From an uncultured bacterium (lineage in GTDB: Bacteria > Verrucomicrobiota > Verrucomicrobiia > Limisphaerales > UBA8199), in assembly GCA_963749495.1 (NCBI GenBank), contig CAVVMW010000010.1:480001-544000 (forward strand): 64,000 nt of DNA, in the 5' to 3' direction. The notes under the pieces are model-generated. The model had not been told where the DNA came from. It saw nothing but the letters and a program-made list of their open reading frames with translations, and did not search any database. Shown here in pieces: positions 9,877-21,257 of this stretch (position 1 is the first letter of the stretch; every line of letters starts with the position of its first letter). Made by a program: the position numbers and the translations under genes.

Positions 9877-10563
9877 TTACGCAATGGATTTGGCGATGAG
9901 GTAGGCCGCGGCCGCCGCCAGGCTGCCGACCAGGGCCGTCTGCAACGCGCCCTTCATCTTGGGAACCCCGGTGAAGTGGCCCTTGACAAAGCCAAAGGCC
10001 GCCAGGGCCAGCAAGGTGATTGCGGCCGAGACGCCCAGCGCCCGCCCGGAATCATGCATCAGCATGTAGGGCGCAAGCGGCACCAACCCGCCAACGACGT
10101 ACAACGTCCCGATAGTGAGGGCGCTGCGAACGGCGCGTTTGGGGTTGGGCTCTTCCAAACCCAACTCGAAGCGCATCATGAAATCGCGCCACGCTGCGGG
10201 CTTTCGGACGAGCGCGGTGACGACGGGCGCGCTTTCCTCGGCGGTCACCCCGTACTGCTGGAAGATGTCCACGATTTCCTGCCTTTCGACATCCGCTTTC
10301 TCCACGATCTCTTGTTCTTCACGCCGTCGCTCATTCAAGAAGTGCTCGGCATCGCTCCTGGCCGCCAGGTAACCGCCCAGCCCCATCGCGATGGAGCCGG
10401 CCGCAATCTCCGCCAGCCCGGCGGTGACGACGATGTGGGTGGAGGTCAACGCGCCGGAGATGCCCGCGGCCAAGGCGAACGGCACCGTCAACCCATCCGC
10501 CATGCCAATCACCACGTCGCGGACGGCATCGCTCCCCGAGAAATGTTGTTCGATGTGCTGCAT
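9877..10563 (-). CDS. VIT1/CCC1 family Fe/Mn transporter
   Basis: VRDVVIGMADGLTVPFALAAG...AGSIAMGLGGYLAA...MMRFELGL. Confidence 0.92.
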   Translation of the reverse strand: MQHIEQHFSGSDAVRDVVIGMADGLTVPFALAAGISGALTSTHIVVTAGLAEIAAGSIAMGLGGYLAARSDAEHFLNERRREEQEIVEKADVERQEIVDIFQQYGVTAEESAPVVTALVRKPAAWRDFMMRFELGLEEPNPKRAVRSALTIGTLYVVGGLVPLAPYMLMHDSGRALGVSAAITLLALAAFGFVKGHFTGVPKMKGALQTALVGSLAAAAAYLIAKSIA

Positions 10564-10627
10564 AGATCATGAATCATTTTGCCGAGAACCGCGGCCCGCA
10601 GGGCGTGGCTGAGGCACATGCCGCGCC

Positions 10628-10999
10628 TCAATGGCTGATGACATCCAGGACGCCGCTCCGCAGCGCGAACCACGCAAACTGCAGAAACTCGTCGTCCGGT
10701 CTTCTCGTGTAGTTGACCTCCCCCTCCTTCATCGAGCCCGATGCGTCTGGAGCGTTGGAATTCCGGATTTTCAGCTCGTTCGCGAAGAACGAAGCGACGC
10801 GATTGCCCAATCCTTTGGCGCTCCCGGTTTGTTTGTTAAGCAGAGCGATATCCAAATTCTTGTAGATCCCGTGCACGTGGCCGCGGGCCTGGCCGGCGGT
10901 TACATCGATTTCGAACGCTGCCGCTTGCGCCCTGCCGGACTTGATCCGGGTGTGTTCCGCAATGTCGAGAAACGCATCCAGGCGGGTCGGCCATGTCAT
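10628..10999 (-). pseudogene. C-terminal fragment of a hypothetical protein
   Basis: ATGA overlap with upstream gene; protein-like C-terminus (FLQFAWFALRSG) with no evident N-terminus. Confidence 0.4.
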
Positions 11000-12597
11000 C
11001 GCGCACCGGTTGGCTGCGGTCGAATTCGGTGGGCGTAGTTGGAGGCGTGCATGCGGCCGGCGACGCAGTCGCGGGCGTAGTTGATGAGATGGTAGGCGAC
11101 CATGGCGATCTGGAAGATGTTCTCGATGCGACCCTGGCGCAATTGGGTCCAGAACATGGACCAAAACTCGGCGCGGTAATCGGCCTGGAGGCCGGCGCGC
11201 CAGATCAGCCGCGTGAGGATTGAGACTGCGCGGCGGAGGTTGCGCGGCGTGGCTTGGCGGAGTGGGTGCCTGGGGCGACGACGGTGGGGGTAGGTTTTTT
11301 CGGCCTGTGTGGCGTAACGGTGATAAAGGGCCTTGGGCTCGTAGGCCTCGGCGATCACCCGCCGCCAGTTGGCCACCACTTGCTCGTAGGGCTGAAGGAA
11401 TTGGATGTTGGAGTCGCGGTGTTCGTCGCAAACGATCCGCCCTGCCTCCTGCAGGCGCCCGTAAAGCGGGGTCTTGGGCAGCGCGTAGAGGATGTTGACG
11501 GTTTGGATGGGCGCCTGGGAGGCGTGGACGAAGTCGGCTATGGCCAGTGGGGTTTGCTCAGTGTCGGTGTCGAACCCCATGATGAGGCCCGCGGCCACCT
11601 CGATCCCGTAGCCGTTGAGCGTGTCGATGACATCAAGGATCGGCTTTTGGAGGTTGACGGTTTTCTTGATGGCGCGCAGGGCGCCGGATTCGGGCGTTTC
11701 GACGCCGCAAAACACGTTGGTGAAGAAGGCGTCCCTCATCTGCGCCAGGATATCCGGGTACTCCGCCAGGCGCAGCGTCGCCTCACAAGACAGGCGCACC
11801 TGGCCGTCCCATTTATCCTGCCAGGCCACCAGGTGTTCGAGCAATTCGCGCGTGGCCTGGGGGTCGCCGATGAAATTGTCGTCCACAAAATAAATCGAGG
11901 GCGTGCCGGCAGCGGCCAGGAAATCCAGTTCGCGGATGATTTGCGCCGGGTTCTTATGGCGGGGGCGGCGCCCGTAGAGGGCGGGGATGTCGCAGTAGTC
12001 GCAGGCATGGGGGCAACCACTGGAGAACTGCACCGTGCACAGGAGGTAGTTGCGGACGTTGATCAGGTGATAGGCGGGCATCGGCAACTCGGTCATGGGC
12101 AGGCGTTCAACGGTGCGGAGGATGATCTGCGGCGTGAAGCGCTCGGCGGCGCGGTCGATGAGTTCGAACAGCCGGCGTGTGGCGTCACCCACTTCCCCGC
12201 AGTGGATGATGTCGGCCTCGGGATACCATTCCGGCGCGGAGGAGGCCGACGGGCCACCCAGCACGACAGGTCTGCCCGCCCGGTGCGCGCGGGCGATGAC
12301 GTCCTGGATTCGTTCCCGCTGGATGTGCATGCCGGTGGTGAACACAACGTCGGCCCAGCGCAGGTCGTCCTCCGTGGCAGGCCGGATGTTCTCGTCGATG
12401 AACCTGATTTCCCAGCGGGCTGGCGCCAGGGCGGCGACGAGCAGGATGCCCTGCGGAGGCATGAAGGCCTTGACCGAGCCCATTAGTGGGAAAGCGTAGT
12501 TGAACGTGGCAAACGACCAGGCGTACGCCGGGAAGAGGCACAGGATCCGGCGCGCATGCCGGGGCGTGAACTGAAAAGTGGAATCCGGCGGCGTCAT
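10996..12597 (-). CDS. hpnP: B12-binding radical SAM methyltransferase, hopanoid C-2 methylase-like
   Basis: RRILCLFPAYAWSFATF...AFMPPQGILLVAA...RFIDENIRPAT...GMHIQR; CPHACDYC; FVDDNFIG. Confidence 0.75.
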   Translation of the reverse strand: MTPPDSTFQFTPRHARRILCLFPAYAWSFATFNYAFPLMGSVKAFMPPQGILLVAALAPARWEIRFIDENIRPATEDDLRWADVVFTTGMHIQRERIQDVIARAHRAGRPVVLGGPSASSAPEWYPEADIIHCGEVGDATRRLFELIDRAAERFTPQIILRTVERLPMTELPMPAYHLINVRNYLLCTVQFSSGCPHACDYCDIPALYGRRPRHKNPAQIIRELDFLAAAGTPSIYFVDDNFIGDPQATRELLEHLVAWQDKWDGQVRLSCEATLRLAEYPDILAQMRDAFFTNVFCGVETPESGALRAIKKTVNLQKPILDVIDTLNGYGIEVAAGLIMGFDTDTEQTPLAIADFVHASQAPIQTVNILYALPKTPLYGRLQEAGRIVCDEHRDSNIQFLQPYEQVVANWRRVIAEAYEPKALYHRYATQAEKTYPHRRRPRHPLRQATPRNLRRAVSILTRLIWRAGLQADYRAEFWSMFWTQLRQGRIENIFQIAMVAYHLINYARDCVAGRMHASNYAHRIRPQPTGAR

Positions 12598-12659
12598 TTC
12601 ACTTTTGGGACCCCAGGTGGGCGGGAAAACTCCAGCAACCTTGCCGGTCTTTTTGCTCC

Positions 12660-12842
12660 AGCAGGGCTTGCACCGCCTTCTTGAGAACCGGTTTTAGCTT
12701 CTGCTTCATTAAACACATCGAATGTGATGAGTTTTCATGGCGTCATAATAGTACCGGGAGCCCGTCCGGGCGCCACGGGGGGATTTCCCCCATCTGGAAT
12801 TGCGGCTTCCACGAGCGATCCCCGTGCGTCGTGCATTTTGCA
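12660..12842 (-). promoter_or_regulatory. Sigma54 promoter with enhancer sites upstream of hpnP-like gene
   Basis: CGGTGCAAGCCCTGCT (GG-N10-GC) 12660-12675; TGCATTTTGCA at 12832, degenerate partner at 12801. Confidence 0.55.
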
Positions 12843-12849
12843 GACGCTT

Positions 12850-12915
12850 TTATGATGAATGCCTGAGGATTCCCTTTACGTCTCTTTGCACGGAAGGATG
12901 GTATGTCACCCTCAT
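12850..12915 (-). pseudogene. Truncated RelE/ParE-type toxin (21 aa)
   Basis: MRVTYHPSVQRDVKGILRHSS*, ATGA-coupled to the antitoxin. Confidence 0.6.
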
Positions 12916-13127
12916 CGTCCGCGTTCTGCTTGAACCCGGCGGACGAACTCCTCGTGCGACAATGCCTCGACCGCGCCGCTCTGCAACTCGCCTTCGCGCG
13001 CGGCCACTTCCTCATCGGGAACATCCGTGTCCGGTGGCGGGAGCGTGTCCAGAAGCTTGCAGACCAAGTCAACCCGCTGGCCTTGCGGCAGAGCGGCGGC
13101 CTCCTTCTCGATTTCTTCTAACTTCAT
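12912..13127 (-). CDS. Addiction-module antitoxin
   Basis: 71 aa, EAAALPQGQRVDLVCKLLDTL...EVAAREGELQSG. Confidence 0.75.
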   Translation of the reverse strand: MKLEEIEKEAAALPQGQRVDLVCKLLDTLPPPDTDVPDEEVAAREGELQSGAVEALSHEEFVRRVQAERGR

Positions 13128-13283
13128 GCTCTCAGCGTATCAAAAGGAGCCACATTTCGCAATGCGAAAACATCCCCCGCGCAGCGTCAATAAACCGGCG
13201 GCGCGCCAAGATCGCAAGGACCAGATTCTTCCTTCCCAGATCTCTGGTTTCTGATACAAATCTCCCCAGCGTAACGATGATTT

Positions 13284-13658
13284 ATGGCTGACCGGAATCC
13301 AAGTCCGCCTGCGCCGGCTCCGCCAGCGGAGCCGCCCTGGGCCGTGACTCCGGAGAAACTGCGCGAAGCCGTCCGCCGTCTCGTGGACGCCGCCCACCCG
13401 CGCCGCATCATCCTCTTCGGCTCGCGCGCCCGCGGCGACGCGGATGATGACAGCGACCTGGACCTCATGCTCCTCCAGGACGAAGTCAAAGACCCGGCGG
13501 CCGAATCCGTCCGGCTGCGGCGCGTGCTCAAGGGCCTCATCATGGGGGTGGACCTGCTCCCCGTCAGCCGCGCCGAGTTCGATTACTGGCGCGACACGCC
13601 GGGCAACGTGTTCTTCGAAGCCGCCACCGAGGGCAAAGTGCTCTATGAAGCACCTTGA
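13284..13658 (+). CDS. MNT nucleotidyltransferase antitoxin
   Basis: IILFGSRARGDADDDSDLDL motif. Confidence 0.9.
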   Translation: MADRNPSPPAPAPPAEPPWAVTPEKLREAVRRLVDAAHPRRIILFGSRARGDADDDSDLDLMLLQDEVKDPAAESVRLRRVLKGLIMGVDLLPVSRAEFDYWRDTPGNVFFEAATEGKVLYEAP

Positions 13659-14040
13659 GCAAGCCCGCAAGTTCCTCGCCAAGGCCGCCGAAGACGAGGC
13701 CCTGTTGGATGCCGTCCTGGCCAAACCGGAAGTGTCCGACTCCATCTACGGCTTTCACCCCCAACAAGCTGCCGAGAAGCTTCTGAAAGCGCTGCTTTCG
13801 CTCCACGCCGTCCGCTTCCCCAAGACTCACGACTTGCACGAACTTCTGAATCTGCTGGAGAACGCCGGAGAAACGCTCCCGCCCGAACTAACTCGGGTGG
13901 ACGAATTGACGCCCTTCGCCGTCGAATGGCGCTACGATTACTTCACCGCGCCGGCCTCCTTCGACCGTGTGAAAGCCCGTGACCTCGTGGCCAAGGTCCG
14001 CGCCTTTGTCGAGCCACAGGTCAAGCCTGCCCACTCGTGA
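13645..14040 (+). CDS. HEPN domain protein (MNT-HEPN pair)
   Basis: GFHPQQAAEKLLKALL...FPKTHDL...AVEWRY. Confidence 0.88.
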   Translation: MKHLEQARKFLAKAAEDEALLDAVLAKPEVSDSIYGFHPQQAAEKLLKALLSLHAVRFPKTHDLHELLNLLENAGETLPPELTRVDELTPFAVEWRYDYFTAPASFDRVKARDLVAKVRAFVEPQVKPAHS

Positions 14041-14100
14041 CGCTCACTACGTCGGCTATCCTGGATTTCCCCGGAGAAAGGCTGGACGCGCTCGAGTCTT

Positions 14101-14288
14101 GTCCCGGAGGGACACCCGACAATAGCCCGGCGTTTCAACGCCGGGGAGCCCAGAAAATGGACTCTCGTCCCGAAGGGACGACTGAGAAGACTCCCTGCTT
14201 TCAGCCGTCCCTTCGGGACGGACCTACTCTATCGGTTCGCTCACCCGGCGTTGAAACGCCGGGCTATTCTCCCAAGCCCCTTCGGGGC
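14101..14288. repeat. Multi-hairpin REP/MITE-like element
   Basis: ATAGCCCGGCGTTTCAACGCCGGG / CCCGGCGTTGAAACGCCGGGCTAT arms with internal GTCCCGAAGGGAC / GTCCCTTCGGGAC hairpins. Confidence 0.75.
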
Positions 14289-14363
14289 AAAGAGGTGTCG
14301 TGACCTGACCGACGGTTTTAACCGCACCCTGCGTTGGGTTTCAAGTTGATTTAGCTTGCGATC

Positions 14364-14588
14364 ATGAACACGGTTCTCGGTGCAAAGGAGCGGTTCATCG
14401 TGGATGCTTCCGGGTAGCGCGCCGGTGTGGCGCTTCGCTTGGCCACCTGCGAACGGCTGCGCAAAGCGGCCAAGGACGATTCCGGCCTTCGCGCCTGCCG
14501 GGCCGCAAAAACGCGCGTGGCGGGTGAGATGGCGCGTGGCAAATTTGCGCCGCTCGATTCCTACCGCGCCAAACGCCGGCGTTTGGCG
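14364..14588 (+). pseudogene. Antitoxin-like pseudogene with in-frame TAG
   Basis: MNTVLGAKERFIVDASG*RAGVALRLATCERLRKA...DSYRAKRRR. Confidence 0.5.
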
Positions 14589-14907
14589 TCGTTCTCGGGC
14601 AGAACTTCGATGACCTCCCCTTTGACTTCCACCCGGGTACACTGGCTCAGCACTTCATCCACCGCGCCCTTGCAGATCAGCGTGTTCAACCCGGTTCCGC
14701 CGCGCTCAGGCCGCCCAGTTGCGACCCAAGCTGCTTCAGGACGGTATCGGCATCGGCACGCGCTTTTTCCAATAGTTCAACGGAATAATGCGCCCCGTTT
14801 CTGCCGGGTACGGGCACCGGAGCGATGGTGGGCGCCTTTGCCGTTGCCGGCTTCGAGGGCGCCGGCCCGGCTTCGGATTTATTTGGGGTCGTTGGCAAAG
14901 TGAACAT
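14561..14907 (-). pseudogene. mgtA: Collapsed Mg2+ P-type ATPase remnant
   Basis: N-terminal VLKQLGSQLGGLSAAE fused out of frame to N-domain LICKGAVDEVLSQCTRVEVKGEV. Confidence 0.65.
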
Positions 14908-15033
14908 CCTCACTGCCGCCTGCCCAGTTTACACTGGTTTGCCTGCTTTGGGAGCGGCCCACTTCCGGCAGGGGCATCGATTTCAAATCGTCCTCCGCAT
15001 CCGGGGTGGGCGCCTTTGCTTTCTCCTTCTTGC

Positions 15034-17420
15034 TTAACGATAGCGCCAGGACTGCGGCTTCCACTTCCAATTCCGAATCTCCGGCAGGTCTTCGCCGTGT
15101 CTGTCGATGTATTGCTTGTGCTCGATCAGCTTGTCCTTGAGTTGTTGCTTGAGGTAGATGCCCTTGGCGCCGGTCCGCGGCAGGCGGTCGATGGTGTCCA
15201 TCACAAGATGGAAGCGGTCCAGATCGTTGAGCACCGTCATGTCGAAGGGCGTGGTGATGGTGCCCTCTTCCTTGTAGCCGCGGACGTGGATGTTGTCGTG
15301 GTTGGTGCGGCGGTAGGTCAGCCGGTGGATGAGCCACGGGTAGGCATGGAAGGCGAAGATGACCGGCTTGTCCCTGGTGAAGAGTTCATCGAAATCCAGG
15401 TCGCTCAACCCGTGCGGGTGCTCGGTTTGCGGCTGCAGCCTCATGAGGTCGACAACGTTGACCACCCGGATTTTCAGATCGGGCAGATGCTCGCGCAGGA
15501 TGGAGACGGCGGCGAGGGTCTCCAGCGTGGGCACGTCGCCACAGCAGGCCATGACCACGTCGGGCGCGGCGTCCTGGTCGTTGCTGGCCCACTGCCAGAT
15601 GCCGATGCCCTCGGTGCAGTGCTTGACGGCGGCGTCCATCGAAAGCCACTGCGGCGCCGGGTGTTTGCCCGCAACGACAACGTTGACGTACTGGCGGCTG
15701 CGCAGGCAGTGGTCCATCACCGACAACAGGCAGTTTGCATCGGGCGGAAGGTAAACCCGCACGACTTCGGCCTTCTTATTCACAACGTGGTCGATGAAAC
15801 CGGGGTCCTGGTGGGTGAAGCCGTTGTGATCCTGGCGCCAGACATGCGAGGCCAGCAGGTAGTTTAACGAGGCTATCTTCCGCCGCCACGGCAGGTGGGA
15901 CGTGACCTTCAGCCACTTGGCGTGCTGGTTGAACATCGAATCGACGATGTGGATGAACGCCTCGTAGCAATTGAAAAGCCCATGCCGGCCCGTGAGCAGG
16001 TAGCCCTCCAGCCAGCCCTCGCATTGGTGCTCGCTGAGCATTTCCACCACCCGCCCGGTGGGCGCCAGAAACTCGTCATTGGGCACGGTTGCGGCGTCCC
16101 ATTGGCGTTGGGTCACTTCGAAGATGGCCTCCAGGCCGTTGGAGAGCGTCTCGTCCGGGCCAAAGACCCGGAAATTCCGCTGCTCGCCGTTCAGCTTGGC
16201 CACATCCCGCAGGAAACGCCCGAGCACATGCGTGTCGCCGATGCCGCGCACGCCCGGTAAGGGCACCTCGACCGCATAGTCGCGGAAATCCGGCATCCGC
16301 AGGTCGCGGAGCAAAACGCCGCCGTTGGCGTGGGGATTCGCGCCCATGCGTCGTTCACCCTTGGGCGCAAGTTCGGCCAGTTCCGGTTTCAGGCGGCCCT
16401 GCTCATCGAAGAGTTCCCCGGGCCGGTAGCTCCTCAGCCAGTCTTCCAACAGCTTGAGGTGTTCGGGATGGGTGGCCGGGTCGGAGAGCGGCACCTGGTG
16501 CGAACGAAAAGTGCCTTCCACCTGCAAACCATCAACCATCTTCGGCCCCGTCCAGCCCTTGGGTGAATTAAGGACGATCATCGGCCAGCGTGGCCGCGCG
16601 AAGTTACCGTGGACGCGGGCGTCCTGCTGGATATTTTTGATCTGCTCGACCGCCGTGTCGAGCGCCGCGGCCATGGCCTCGTGCATCGGCCCGGGCTCGT
16701 GGCCCTCGACGAAGCAGGGCGTCCACCCGTACCCCCGGAGCAACTGCTCCAATTCCTCGCGGGTGATGCGGGCGAGGAGGGTCGGGTTGGAAATCTTGTA
16801 GCCGTTGAGGTGCAGGATCGGCAGCACCGCGCCGTCGGTGGCCGGATTGAGAAACTTGTTGGAATGCCACGCCGTAGCCAGCGGCCCGGTTTCCGCCTCG
16901 CCATCGCCGACGACGCAGGCGACGATGAGATCGGGATTGTCGAACACCGCCCCGAAGGAATGGCTGAGCGAATAGCCCAGCTCGCCGCCCTCGTGGATCG
17001 AGCCGGGCACTCCGGCGAGGCGTGGCTGGGGATTCCTCCGGGAAAGGAAAATTGAATAAAGAGCTTCCGCAGCCCGGCATCATCCTGGCTGATTTCGGGA
17101 TAGATCTCGCTGTACGTGCCCTCGAGGTAAGTGTTGCCCACGACGGCCGGGCCGCCGTGCCCGGGGCCGGAGACGTAGATCATGTCCAGGTCGTATTTCT
17201 TGATGACCCGGTTCAGATGCACGTAAATGAAATTCTGCCCGGGGGTCGTGCCCCAGTGTCCCAGCAGCATGTGTTTCACATCCGCGAGCGTCAGCGGCCG
17301 CTTCAGGAGCGGATTGTCATAAAGATAAATCTGGCCGACCGACAGGTAGTTGGCGGCGCGCCAGTAGGCATCCATTTTGCGCAGCAGTTCCGGCGCGAGC
17401 GTCTCTATTTTTGTTTTCAT
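15034..17420 (-). CDS. xfp: Phosphoketolase (single-base frameshift near 17005)
   Basis: [59 protein letters not shown]. Confidence 0.92.
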
Positions 17421-17979
17421 AAGTGAAATCCAATCGGCACCACGAGCGTGCCCAGTCGTCGTATTTGGGTCAGGAGCAGGTTCTCCGTAATATCCACCAG
17501 ACAATGAATGATCGCCAGTCCTTTCCTGATCGAGTTCGTCGCCGATCACTTGGTCTTCGAAAGCAACAGCACGAACACTTCGTGGCGGAGTTTCTCCATG
17601 TCCTCGCCCATGCCCGCCAGCGCACGGGCGCGCTCGGGTTGAGACCCGTTTTCGCCGGCGACTTTGGCCAGGTGCCGGGCATAACTCAGGGCCTCGGTCT
17701 GGGTTAACATAAACGTGCTGACTGGCAGCGGCACGATGAGAACAGAATCGAAATCGCCATAAGGATCGGCCAGGCGGACAGTCGGAAAGGACCTCACGGT
17801 TTTGGCTGGGCACCTGGATTGAGCACGACACAATACACTTGGAGAAGGCCTCATCGCATTGCCAGGCAAGGGGAAATCGCAACATAAATCTGCCTTTCCT
17901 GACTACACTCGACAAACTGTTTGTGATGGGGCATCACAACGTCAATGTTCTTGTTGTCCTAAGTTCTTCTTTCTCCTCT

Positions 17980-18127
17980 AGCTAATGGAGGGCCAACCTG
18001 GCGCCCGGCGCTCTAACCGATTGAAGCCAAGCCAGTTAAGCCTTTTGACATCCCTTTTGGTGACCGCTAATGGATGAAGAATCAATGCAACTTGCACGAG
18101 TGCTCCCGATGCATCGTGCACTCTGCA
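17980..18127 (-). promoter_or_regulatory. Sigma54 promoter with paired enhancer sites upstream of the xfp region
   Basis: TGGCCCTCCATTAGCT 17980-17995; TGCAACTTGCA 18086 and TGCACTCTGCA 18117. Confidence 0.8.
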
Positions 18128-18337
18128 AACGCGCCCAGCACGCGCGCAAACCGGAGTTCGCCTTCCCCAGCGGTTCGGGTGGTTAGGCGGTGGAAATAAA
18201 TAAAGGTGGCAAGATGCCGCCGGGATTTTGGCGCCCAGCGAGGCGTGAACGAGGCGCATATCCAGTGATCTGCAACGAGTGAACAACGAAGCTGGGCGGC
18301 AAAAGAACAAGGCAGGTTGCTACCTTTTTTAGGGGAC

Positions 18338-20005
<1,668 letters not shown>

Positions 20006-20026
<21 letters not shown>

Positions 20027-21244
20027 CACGCACCCGCCATGCTCCTTCTCGACGATTAGATCCAAAACGCGGCAGACCGTGTTCGCGATCATCCATTCCT
20101 CGTCCGTCCGAATGACGCGCACGGAGGTCCTGCCGGTCTCCGGGGAGATCACGCCCGCGTTCGCCAGGTTTCGTTTCTCATCGAGTTCGATTCCAAGAAA
20201 TCCCAGCCCATCGCAAATCCGGGTGCGGACTATGGACGCGTTCTCCCCGATGCCGCCTGCGAACACAAGCGTGTCCAAGCCGCCGAGCGCCGCCGCGAAC
20301 GCGCCGACCCATTTTTTCACCTGGTAACAAAACAAGGCGACCGCCTCGCCCGCCCGCGCGTCCTGGGTTTCGCGCTCCAGCAAATCGCGCAGGTCGGAGT
20401 TGGTTTCGGATATCCCGAGCAGCCCGGACTGGAAATTGACCATCTCGTTGAATTGCTTGGCGCCCATTTTCTCTGTGCGCGCCAGATACCAAACCAGTCC
20501 GGGGTCGAGGTTGCCGGAGCGGGTGCTCATGGGCACCCCGGCTGTCGGCGTGAAACCCATGCTCGTATCAACGGCTTTGCCATGATGGACCGCCGCAAGG
20601 CTCGCGCCGTTGCCGAGGTGGGCGAGGATAACGCGGCCTTGTGCTGCTTCAGCTCCGGCCAGGCGGGCCAGTTCTCCCATCAGAAACGAGTAGGACAAGC
20701 CGTGAAAGCCATAGCGCCGCACCCCCTGCGCCTCGTACCGCCGCGGGATCGGCAACACCTGCGCCACGCGCGGCAGGTCATGGTGGAACGCTGTGTCGAA
20801 ACAGGCCACTTGCGGCAGTTCTGGAAAGCGCCGATGAAACGCCTCGGTCAGCAGGATCTCCTCGGGCAAATGTTCGGGATCGAAGGGGGTGAGCTGACGC
20901 AACTCCTCGACCATTTCCCCGGTGATCAACTGCGGGTCGCTGTACTTCGGACCTCCGTGCACCACGCGATGCCCCACCGCGGCCAGCGCCACCCGCCCGA
21001 GCCGTTCCTCGATCCAATCCATCAGCGCGCCCACCGCCGCCGTGTGATCGGGCGCCGCCAGCGGCCGCGAGAAATTGTCCGCCTGGCTCAGGCCTTTCAC
21101 CCGCAAGGCGGCCTCGGGCAGCCCAATCCGCTCAATCCGGCCCTCCAGAAGGCGTCGGAGCGCGGCGCCGGCCTCGAACAGCGCGAACTTGATGCTCGAG
21201 GAGCCGCCGTTGATTGTCAGGATGCGTGGCGCAGTCGTTTTCAT
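20006..21244 (-). CDS. ackA: Acetate/propionate kinase
   Basis: INGGSSSIKF, GHRVVHGG, FDTAFH, YGFHGLSY, HLGNGAS, GGIGEN. Confidence 0.93.
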
Positions 21245-21257
21245 TGGCTTGATCGGA

